Shown piece after piece: positions 56,938 to 64,000 of a DNA stretch of 64,000 bases (position 1 is its first letter; every line of letters starts with the position of its first letter). The DNA is taken from assembly GCA_028223895.1 (NCBI GenBank), contig JAOIVE010000001.1, forward strand, positions 1,270-65,269, read 5' to 3'. The position numbers and the translations under genes were made by a program. The DNA is from Rickettsiales bacterium (GTDB lineage: Bacteria; Pseudomonadota; Alphaproteobacteria; Rickettsiales; UBA6187). The notes beneath the pieces were generated by a model. That model was not told where the DNA came from. It searched no databases and was given only the letters and a program-made list of their open reading frames with translations.

Positions 56938-57672
56938 TTATGCTATTTTTATTTTTTTATCTTTGGAATCGGATTCACGGTTAGGTTCTTTAGCAGATGA
57001 AACTTCCCTTCCTGCGGTTTTTGACCATTCAATTGCCTCCTGTTTTTTCTTCTCGCTTTTTGAAGATTGGGCACCGCTTTGGGCTTCAATCTTTAATTTG
57101 CGGGATTTGCTTTTTGCTTCCTGCTTTTTCGGTATTTCCACCGTAAGTACGTTCTGCTCAAATCTGGCACTGGCTTTTTCCACATCCGCTTCTTCAGGCA
57201 ATGCAATGGTACGGCTAAAAGCACCAAAATGACATTCACGGCGAAGATAGCTATCACCTTCATCTTTTTCTTCCGAGCAGCGTGTGCCGCTTATGGTAAT
57301 AGCATTGTCGGAAATGGAAACCTCCAGATCTTTAGCACTTAAACCGGGAACATCTGCCCTGACTTTAAATTTATTACCATTTTCTATGATATTGACATAA
57401 GGCTCGGTCGTTGTGCCTGTCACCCAGGGTGTAGACATTTGGCGGTTATTGAACAATTCGCTAAATATCCGGTGCGTGTTTCGTTGAAACGCAGAGAATA
57501 TATCTTCTTCGGCATCCCAAACTGAAGGAGCCATAAAAGATGGTCTGGAAAAGTTTGAAAACGCCTCTCTTGCGGAACGGTTCAGTTCCCGCTGGAGAGA
57601 AAACATCGGTTGCCACCATAAGGCATCCTTCGGATTTGCTGCACTTTTTAGTATGTTAAGTTGCTGAGTCAT
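56938..57672 (-). CDS. Hsp20 family protein with long extensions
   Basis: ADVPG, ITISG, FSRTIALP, NVLTVEIPK. Confidence 0.9.
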   Translation of the reverse strand: MTQQLNILKSAANPKDALWWQPMFSLQRELNRSAREAFSNFSRPSFMAPSVWDAEEDIFSAFQRNTHRIFSELFNNRQMSTPWVTGTTTEPYVNIIENGNKFKVRADVPGLSAKDLEVSISDNAITISGTRCSEEKDEGDSYLRRECHFGAFSRTIALPEEADVEKASARFEQNVLTVEIPKKQEAKSKSRKLKIEAQSGAQSSKSEKKKQEAIEWSKTAGREVSSAKEPNRESDSKDKKIKIA

Positions 57673-57711
57673 TTTGGTTTCCTTTAATTTAGGTTTTAGT
57701 TGTAACTTCAT

Positions 57712-58215
57712 TTAAGCAGCCTCTTTTATTTCCACTTTACGCGAAGATTTTACCGCTTCTTCTTTTTTAGGTATTTCCACCCAGAGCACGCCTTTCTTGA
57801 AACTAGCCTTTGCTTTATCGGCATTAGCCGTTTCAGGCAAAGAAATGGTACGTTGGTATGAACCATAGAAGCGCTCACGGCGGACGTAATTATCCTCTTT
57901 GTCTTCTTTGGATGCTTTCTTTTCCGCTTTTATGGTTAAATAATTATCATTAATGGTAACATCCACATCCTCCTGTTTTAATCCCGGCAGTTCAGCCTCG
58001 ATTTTAAAACTCTTATCGTTTTCAATAACGTCAACGGGAAGTGTGAGTAAATTATTGCCAGCCCATAAAGAAGAAGTTGGCAATTCATTCTGAAAGCCAT
58101 TGAAAAAATCATCAAAAACCTGATTTATTTCTTGATTCAGAGAGGTAAAAGGACTCCTTTCTTTTCTTACGTTGATATTTCCAAATCTGTTCCAGGGTGT
58201 AATATTAAATGCCAT
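57712..58215 (-). CDS. Hsp20 family protein (paralog of 21082-21585)
   Basis: AELPG, RERFYGSYQRTISLP, GVLWVEIPK; ends -EAA. Confidence 0.95.
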   Translation of the reverse strand: MAFNITPWNRFGNINVRKERSPFTSLNQEINQVFDDFFNGFQNELPTSSLWAGNNLLTLPVDVIENDKSFKIEAELPGLKQEDVDVTINDNYLTIKAEKKASKEDKEDNYVRRERFYGSYQRTISLPETANADKAKASFKKGVLWVEIPKKEEAVKSSRKVEIKEAA

Positions 58216-58440
58216 GGTAATTCTCCTATAATAATTTAGTTATATGTCCAAAACCTATGGGGAACATACAGGTTAAGGGTTGCCCCCTTTTTTGTATCTC
58301 CCCACAGGAGTAGACGGAAATTTTCATTTCCGTCTACTTTTTCCTGGTTGCTTTCATTTAAACATTCCTGTTTTTGATACTGTTTTTTCTGAAAGGCTAA
58401 CCAAGTAAGCATAAAAAAACACTTTCCTGTCGATCTTTAC

Positions 58441-58506
58441 TTGATAGGCATCAACCGGTTTTAAGAATTTATTTTTTAGAAAAATTATGCGCTTGATAGC
58501 TGTCAA
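58441..58506. promoter_or_regulatory. Two FNR/FixK-type boxes (58441-58454 TTGATAGGCATCAA; 58493-58506 TTGATAGCTGTCAA)
   Basis: Between divergent hsp20 and peptide/CBS genes. Confidence 0.85.
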
Positions 58507-58650
58507 GTATTTACCTGGCGGAATCTGGTTCTCTAGCCCTACCATGATGCGTTCATATGCGGATTACCAAAAGTAATTACTATAAAAAAACCGGCATCAC
58601 TGATGTTCATGGTGTTTTTTATTCAACACTAAATTGTAAGGAGAATCGTC

Positions 58651-58800
58651 ATGGTTCAGGTTCAGAAAAGACAGCCGAAAGGCAAACAAAAGCAGCCCCA
58701 ACCTAAAGGGAAACAACAACCTTCTTCACCGCAAAAACTGTTGGAGCTTAAGCCCAATAAGCAAAGTTCCAAGCCGGAGAAGCATGGAAGCTGCAGTTAA
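58651..58800 (+). CDS. Unannotated 49-aa Lys/Gln/Pro-rich peptide ending HGSCS
   Basis: AAGGAG RBS; MVQVQKRQPKGKQKQPQPKGKQQPSSPQKLLELKPNKQSSKPEKHGSCS. Confidence 0.7.
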   Translation: MVQVQKRQPKGKQKQPQPKGKQQPSSPQKLLELKPNKQSSKPEKHGSCS

Positions 58801-58877
58801 ATAAATGTTGGGATCTCCGGTAAATATACCGGTTGTCCTACTTAAAACAAATAATTTTTATCAATAGGAGAATTATC

Positions 58878-59312
58878 ATGAATGCACGAGTTAAAGAATT
58901 AATGACAGCCAATCCAACACTTATCAGTCCGGATGCAACATTGCAGGAAGCTGCCGAGAAAATGGAGAAAATTGACTGTGGCGTATTACCGGTAGGGAAG
59001 GAAAGCAATCTGGAAGGTATTATCACCGACCGCGATATTGTCACCCGCGCCATTTCAAAAGGCAAAAACCCTGCTAAAGAAAAGGTTAAGGATTATATGT
59101 CCAAGAAGGTTCATGCCTGCAAGGAAAGTGATGCCCTTAGAGATGTTGCCGACCAGATGCAGAAACATAAAGTAAGCCGTCTTATTGTAAAAAATGATAG
59201 CGGCAAAGTAACCGGTATCTTATCTTTGGGTTGTATCTTGCGTAAAGAAGCTGATGCCGAAGAAATTGTGGATGTGATTGAACGTACACGCGGTAAGGCT
59301 TGCGCTGCATAA
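58878..59312 (+). CDS. CBS-pair protein (Hrp1-like), copy 2
   Basis: AGGAG RBS; GIITDRDIVTR; ends -CAA. Confidence 0.92.
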   Translation: MNARVKELMTANPTLISPDATLQEAAEKMEKIDCGVLPVGKESNLEGIITDRDIVTRAISKGKNPAKEKVKDYMSKKVHACKESDALRDVADQMQKHKVSRLIVKNDSGKVTGILSLGCILRKEADAEEIVDVIERTRGKACAA

Positions 59313-59315
59313 GGA

Positions 59316-59768
59316 ATGAATATGGAACAAGCTGTATTGCTCATGGCAGGCATCAGTATGCTTGTCTTTGGTTTATCTTATTTTTTCCGCGCGAAAGAGT
59401 GGGATGCCTGGTTATTACATACAGAGAAACGGGGAAACCGGGCATCCCTTGTGTTTGGAAGCGTGAATCTGCTGCTTGGCAGTTTTATTGTAGCTTTCCA
59501 CCCTGTTTGGGAAGGTATCCCGCTTATTCTGACTATTATGGGGATTCTTGCCGTTTGTAAGGGGTTTTCCTATTTATTGTTCCCACAGTGGCTGCCCACA
59601 AAATTAAAATACGTTAATACCAGTGAAAAGCCTTTATTACAGGCGTCCGGAATCGTGTTTATTATCATTTCCTTATTATTTCTGGGTAGCTGGTGCATTC
59701 AGCATGATATAAAACTGGGAGATATATGGCATAATAAAATGCCGATGCACCGAAACCAACAGGAGTAA
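59316..59768 (+). CDS. Hypothetical 4-TM membrane protein
   Basis: Hydrophobic segments; HPVWEG. Confidence 0.75.
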   Translation: MNMEQAVLLMAGISMLVFGLSYFFRAKEWDAWLLHTEKRGNRASLVFGSVNLLLGSFIVAFHPVWEGIPLILTIMGILAVCKGFSYLLFPQWLPTKLKYVNTSEKPLLQASGIVFIIISLLFLGSWCIQHDIKLGDIWHNKMPMHRNQQE

Positions 59769-59772
59769 CTAG

Positions 59773-60513
59773 ATGTGTTTTTCCCCGGAAGTTAGTTTTG
59801 TCGCTGGTGTCGTTATTGCTTCCATAGGAATCGCAACATTACGTAAGGTTGCGTATCGTGAGGAAATTCTCTTTGCTGCAATTCCACTGCTTTTTGCCAG
59901 CCAGCAATTTATAGAAGGATCACTGTGGCTGGTGCTGCAAAAAGGCGGTATGCCCATGCCACAATATTGGTTAACCCAGATTTTTAGCGCCTATGCAGGA
60001 ATTATATGGCCTATACTGGTTCCGCTTTCAATATTTATGATTGAGGGTAATGAAGACAGGAAAAAAGTCCTGGGACTATTGTTCATTATGGGTTTTGGTA
60101 TCGCTATTTATATGGCCTATGGAATGATGGTCGGTGAAATCAGCTCACAAGTAGTCGGCCATTGTATCCAGTATAATTACCCATTATCACAAGGTCATTA
60201 TGTCAAATGGATATACCTGGCCATTGTAGGGCTGCCATTTTTCTTATCACGGCATCCGATACTCCATAAAATAGGCATCATTAACATCATTATGTTTTTT
60301 ATAGCTTATTATGCGTATACCGAGACATATGTTTCGGTATGGTGCTTTTTCGCAGCGGTAATCAGCGGCCTTATCTATTTTTACTTCCGGGCTATACTTA
60401 AAGGTAAGTCTTCGACCGCTTCATACGCAGCCAGAAAACATGTTTTTGTTAAATCACACCCACAAGTAAAAATAACTATTATGAGGAGGCTATTATGTTA
60501 TCAATTACAATAA
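59773..60513 (+). CDS. DUF6629-like membrane protein
   Basis: MCFS..VSF, IPLLFASQQFIEG, SVWCFFAA. Confidence 0.75.
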   Translation: MCFSPEVSFVAGVVIASIGIATLRKVAYREEILFAAIPLLFASQQFIEGSLWLVLQKGGMPMPQYWLTQIFSAYAGIIWPILVPLSIFMIEGNEDRKKVLGLLFIMGFGIAIYMAYGMMVGEISSQVVGHCIQYNYPLSQGHYVKWIYLAIVGLPFFLSRHPILHKIGIINIIMFFIAYYAYTETYVSVWCFFAAVISGLIYFYFRAILKGKSSTASYAARKHVFVKSHPQVKITIMRRLLCYQLQ

Positions 60514-60860
60514 CTACATCAGATAATCTGATTGAAGTAACGGTATCAAATAAACTACAGACAAGGGATTTTAAAGAACTTGCCGATCATGTTGACGCTT
60601 TGATCAAAAAGTATGGCAATATCCGAATATTAATTAATGCTATGGCATTTGATGGTTGGGAAAGCGTTAAAGCCGCTGAAGAACATTTTTGTTTTGTCAA
60701 AAAACACCATAAAGATGTTGAGCGTATAGCGGTCATTGCAAGTCACAGCTGGCAGCACTGGCTGGTTGCTATGGCCAGAGTGTTTGTGCATCCGAAGATT
60801 GAGGTATTTGACGTTGATCAGATTACTAAGGCGAAAGAATGGATAAAAAACGATGAGTGA
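60495..60860 (+). CDS. SpoIIAA-like (STAS/SEC14) protein
   Basis: FDGWE, ERIAVI, AKEWI. Confidence 0.85.
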   Translation: MLSITITTSDNLIEVTVSNKLQTRDFKELADHVDALIKKYGNIRILINAMAFDGWESVKAAEEHFCFVKKHHKDVERIAVIASHSWQHWLVAMARVFVHPKIEVFDVDQITKAKEWIKNDE

Positions 60861-60870
60861 TAATAACCAA

Positions 60871-60884
60871 TTGATAGCGGTCAA
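60871..60884. promoter_or_regulatory. FNR/FixK-type box TTGATAGCGGTCAA
   Basis: Extended palindrome CCAA-box-TTGG upstream of the lipoprotein. Confidence 0.85.
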
Positions 60885-60951
60885 TTGGACTTACGTTGTT
60901 TTGCTATATGTATGATTACTCTACATACAATAACTTTTATGAGGAAAATAT

Positions 60952-61197
60952 ATGAAAAATTATTACATACTTACCGCCATTATGTTGATCGGTCTTTCCG
61001 CGTGTACTACGGCGTCAAAAGATGGAGCGTCGTTATCTTCTAAAGACCGCGCTTTATTAATGGAAACCCGTGATCTGGCACAGGACGCTAAAAGGCAGTC
61101 ATCTAAGGCATTGGATGAAGCAAAAAATGCGCGTGAGACAGCTAATAGGGCAGCTATGAAAGCAGACCGTATTTTCCGTGAGTCGCAGGTAAAGTAA
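60952..61197 (+). CDS. Lpp/OprI-like alanine-zipper lipoprotein
   Basis: LSAC lipobox, Ala heptads, ADRIFRESQVK with terminal Lys. Confidence 0.8.
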   Translation: MKNYYILTAIMLIGLSACTTASKDGASLSSKDRALLMETRDLAQDAKRQSSKALDEAKNARETANRAAMKADRIFRESQVK

Positions 61198-62097
61198 TCA
61201 TGGCCGTGTAAAAATAGGAACAACTATACCATCATGCTTGCGGATAGCATCTTCAACATGAGGCCAGCGTATTCCGGCTTTTGTTCCGGCTTTTTTGGCA
61301 ATCATATCATAAACCTCCGGCATAGCATAAGGAGTAGTTTCTGAATGGTTCATAATAGTATCACTTTGTTCCTGCGTTGGTCTTACTTCAAGAAAAAGAA
61401 TATTATTTTTCCAGCCTAGATTGTAATGGCTGTCAATAATGGTTACTTTTATTCCAACACTGACATTATTGAACAAGACTTCAATATCTTCCGGGTACAT
61501 GCGTATACAGCCATGGCTGGAACGTGACCCGATACCATATGGTTTGTTAGTACCATGTATTGCTAATTCAGGGATACCAAGGTTAAGGGCATATTTGCCA
61601 AGTGGGTTGTCCGGCCCCGGTGGTACGAATTTCGGTAACTCCGGATCTTTTTTGCGGATAGAAGAAGGGGGAATCCAGGTAGGGTCTTTACGTTTTAATG
61701 CTATCTTTGTTATTCCAACAGGAGTGCGCCATCCTTCCTTGCCAATACCTATTGGAAAACTCATTACAGTCTTATCATCAGGAAAATAAAATAATCTGAG
61801 TCCGGAGAGGTTAATTACAATACCGCTACGCTCTGTATCCGGAAGTACATGCATAAGAGGTAGGAAAAGCAATGTATCCTGCCCCGGAAGCCACGGATCA
61901 ATGCCCGGATTTGCCGCCATTACTTCAACGATGCCAAGGTCAAATTTTCTGGCGATGGAATAGAGAGTTTCATCCTTTCCAATAGTATAATGACGTACTT
62001 CACCTATGACATCTTCTGTGCGGTCATATGTTGCACTTACTGCCAATGTAGGCGAAGCAATAAAAAGGACGAGAAAAAGCCGGGCATAATGTTTCAT
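61198..62097 (-). CDS. L,D-transpeptidase (LysM + YkuD, ErfK-like)
   Basis: ANPGIDPWLP, PPGPDNPLG, IHGT...SHGCIRM. Confidence 0.93.
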   Translation of the reverse strand: MKHYARLFLVLFIASPTLAVSATYDRTEDVIGEVRHYTIGKDETLYSIARKFDLGIVEVMAANPGIDPWLPGQDTLLFLPLMHVLPDTERSGIVINLSGLRLFYFPDDKTVMSFPIGIGKEGWRTPVGITKIALKRKDPTWIPPSSIRKKDPELPKFVPPGPDNPLGKYALNLGIPELAIHGTNKPYGIGSRSSHGCIRMYPEDIEVLFNNVSVGIKVTIIDSHYNLGWKNNILFLEVRPTQEQSDTIMNHSETTPYAMPEVYDMIAKKAGTKAGIRWPHVEDAIRKHDGIVVPIFTRP

Positions 62098-62104
62098 ATT
62101 TTAC

Positions 62105-62668
62105 TTATATAGCTATATCATGAATATGTACATCATGGGCGGAATGTTTTTTTAGAATTTTAAGTGCCCATTTTTCACGTATAACACCATCCGTTTGCAC
62201 CCATAGCAATAGGCCTCCGTGTTCAATTTGTTCCTTGATATAATCGGCATGGTGCTGCCCCAGCATCCAGGCATATAGCCCGCCAAATGAAGCCCCAACA
62301 GCTCCTGCGGCTATAGCAGCGGTAATAGCTGCCAATAATGTGCCACCTGATGCAACTACCATTGCCGTTGCAGTAGTGGCCACAACATAAAGCGGGAAAC
62401 CAGTCAAAGCGCCTTCGCCTTCACCGATGGATTCTAGTGGCACGAAAATAGTACGCGGGGCTTTAGGATCGTCTTCCTCTTTTTCTACGTGCTTGTAAAT
62501 ATGACCAAATTTTTTCTTTATCGTTTTAGCATCGGCTAATACGCTAAAATGTCTGCGTTCAAACCCATAGGTTTGTAAGTCATCAAGTGCGGCTTGCAAG
62601 CTATCTGCATCATTGAATACGGCAACTGCCTCACGGACGGTTTCTAGTTTTTTCTTTGACTGTTTCAT
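62105..62668 (-). CDS. General-stress Gly/Ala-zipper membrane protein
   Basis: REAVAVF...LQAALDDL..GF; GGLLLWV. Confidence 0.75.
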   Translation of the reverse strand: MKQSKKKLETVREAVAVFNDADSLQAALDDLQTYGFERRHFSVLADAKTIKKKFGHIYKHVEKEEDDPKAPRTIFVPLESIGEGEGALTGFPLYVVATTATAMVVASGGTLLAAITAAIAAGAVGASFGGLYAWMLGQHHADYIKEQIEHGGLLLWVQTDGVIREKWALKILKKHSAHDVHIHDIAI

Positions 62669-63135
62669 GCTGCATGACTCACTTTTGCGTGAGCCTTATT
62701 CAATGTAGCACCTAACATCCAATGATTTTTCTCGTGAGCCGCAATGCGCTGTGTGAGTAAATCCACCGTTACCACATCTTTTACCTTATCGGCTTCTTCC
62801 AAGGCATGGTGCATGGTTTTTATGATTTTTTCTTGATCGGCATATAAGTCCTTTATCATTTCTGCTGCATCCGCCGCCTGCATTGCTTCTTCAATATGGG
62901 TTAATTTTGCAAATGCCGAAAAACTTCCCGGAGCATGCTTCCCAAGTGCACGGATACGTTCTGCAAGAGAGTCCACAGGCTCGATCAGTTCACGATATTG
63001 CCCTTCCAGCATGATGTGTAACTGATGGAAATCCGTTCCCATAATATTCCAATGGTAATTCTGGGTTTTAAGGTATAAGGCGTACGTATCAGCTAGTGCT
63101 GATTCCAATGCCTGAACAAGATTTTTAGCGGACAT
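62665..63135 (-). CDS. dps: Dps-family protein, copy 2
   Basis: LYLKTQNYHWN, DSLAERIRALG, HEKNHWML; ends -HAA. Confidence 0.95.
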   Translation of the reverse strand: MSAKNLVQALESALADTYALYLKTQNYHWNIMGTDFHQLHIMLEGQYRELIEPVDSLAERIRALGKHAPGSFSAFAKLTHIEEAMQAADAAEMIKDLYADQEKIIKTMHHALEEADKVKDVVTVDLLTQRIAAHEKNHWMLGATLNKAHAKVSHAA

Positions 63136-63194
63136 AATTAAAACTCCTTTTTATGGTTGAACCAGCAATAAACACCAGCCGTCTTCAAATATAC

Positions 63195-63208
63195 TTGATA
63201 GCTGTCAA
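63195..63208. promoter_or_regulatory. FNR/FixK-type box TTGATAGCTGTCAA
   Basis: Identical to the box at 58493; between divergent genes. Confidence 0.85.
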
Positions 63209-63306
63209 GTACCTTTGAAGATAGTACAAATAGAGTAATGTTTTTTACGTTAACGGTATCTACAATCGCCATGCGGAGAATTTTGCAGAATAGGGAAATA
63301 AGGGTT

Positions 63307-63663
63307 ATGGATAGTAAAAATAATTATACGAAAGCACTAAAGAAGCTAAAAACAATCCAGAAACGTTATAGTCATTTTCTAAACGATAACAATGACCTGC
63401 TTACCATGTTTCGTGCACTGGAGGACAACCTGATCAATGCATTGAATGGCCATGCAGAAGCGTTGGATAAAATCTCAAGGCATGAACATAATATTGAGGA
63501 ATTGCTCTCCAATATTGATGAAATCGCTCAGGATGCACAGCGCATGGAGGATGAAAGCCCTGTGTCTGCCGATGATATCTGCATGGAATATTACCAATTA
63601 AAGCAGGAAATAATGGATTTTGTACAGCAATATTTGATAAATTCCTCATCCAAGGTGGAGTAG
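63307..63663 (+). CDS. Hypothetical helical protein
   Basis: MDSKNNYTKALKK...; downstream of the box at 63195. Confidence 0.65.
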   Translation: MDSKNNYTKALKKLKTIQKRYSHFLNDNNDLLTMFRALEDNLINALNGHAEALDKISRHEHNIEELLSNIDEIAQDAQRMEDESPVSADDICMEYYQLKQEIMDFVQQYLINSSSKVE

Positions 63664-63670
63664 TGCCGTT

Positions 63671-63877
63671 ATGAAGTTCAAAATAATTACAGGTATAACA
63701 CTTTTATTGCTGGTGGTAATATTCACATTACAAAATGCGATGGTGGTAGATGTGCGCTTCTTTCTTTGGACGCTTTCCATTTCCAGGGCATTGCTGATTT
63801 TTATCGTTCTATCTATTGGCATTCTGATGGGATGGCTTATCAGAGTGCTGTTTGATGCGCATATGAATGATGAGTAG
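63671..63877 (+). CDS. LapA-family small membrane protein
   Basis: VIFTLQN..VVDVRFFLW..S.ALLI. Confidence 0.8.
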   Translation: MKFKIITGITLLLLVVIFTLQNAMVVDVRFFLWTLSISRALLIFIVLSIGILMGWLIRVLFDAHMNDE

Positions 63878-63880
63878 CCT

Positions 63881-64000
63881 GTGGAGTTTGCCTTTGATAT
63901 CCAGATAATAGCCAGCTTCTTGTCACTGACCGCGCTGGAGATTGTGCTTGGCATTGACAATGTGGTTTTTATTGCGCTTATCATCAATCACCTTCCTGCA
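63881..64000 (+). CDS. TerC-family protein, N-terminal part (runs off the window)
   Basis: ASFLSLTALEIVLGIDNVVFIAL is identical to the N-terminal segment of 35728-36438. Confidence 0.85.
   Translation, partial: MEFAFDIQIIASFLSLTALEIVLGIDNVVFIALIINHLPA

Noticed and set aside
58216-58260. ROSE RNA thermometer before hsp20
   Set aside because: No U(U/C)GCU anti-SD motif or SD-sequestering hairpin is visible

Overview
Alphaproteobacterial-type DNA (inferred from the gene families) with three parts. (1) A minus-strand, GC-richer siphovirus structural operon at about 23.7-52.6 kb: a lambda-like cos/terminase/portal, a fused protease-capsid, a tail with a G/GT-type frameshift, a GTA-like baseplate, a holin and a GH24 lysozyme. 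It is interrupted by several AT-rich cargo genes (morons). (2) Phage-like regulatory/early genes at the far left (1-2022). (3) Two AT-rich stress/low-oxygen islands flanking the phage (about 2.1-23.7 kb and 52.6 kb to the window end). The islands carry 16 intergenic FNR/FixK-type boxes (TTGAY-N4-RTCAA) and share a syntenic, diverged core: an unknown 103-105 aa protein, a Lys-rich peptide ending SCGTSPKKGDTCN, a peptide ending CCNLATD, a Crp/Fnr regulator with an unusual C-terminal CxxC-x6-C motif, an unknown 126 aa protein, a host-attachment/baeRF12 protein, Hsp20, a CBS protein and Dps. Eight island proteins end in -AA, a ClpXP-type degron. The best candidate for an undescribed system is this duplicated dormancy/anoxia regulon, with its Cys-tailed Crp/Fnr sensor and several conserved, unannotated Cys-containing micropeptides, sitting in or beside a prophage. 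All calls come from reading the sequence by eye; no database searches were run.
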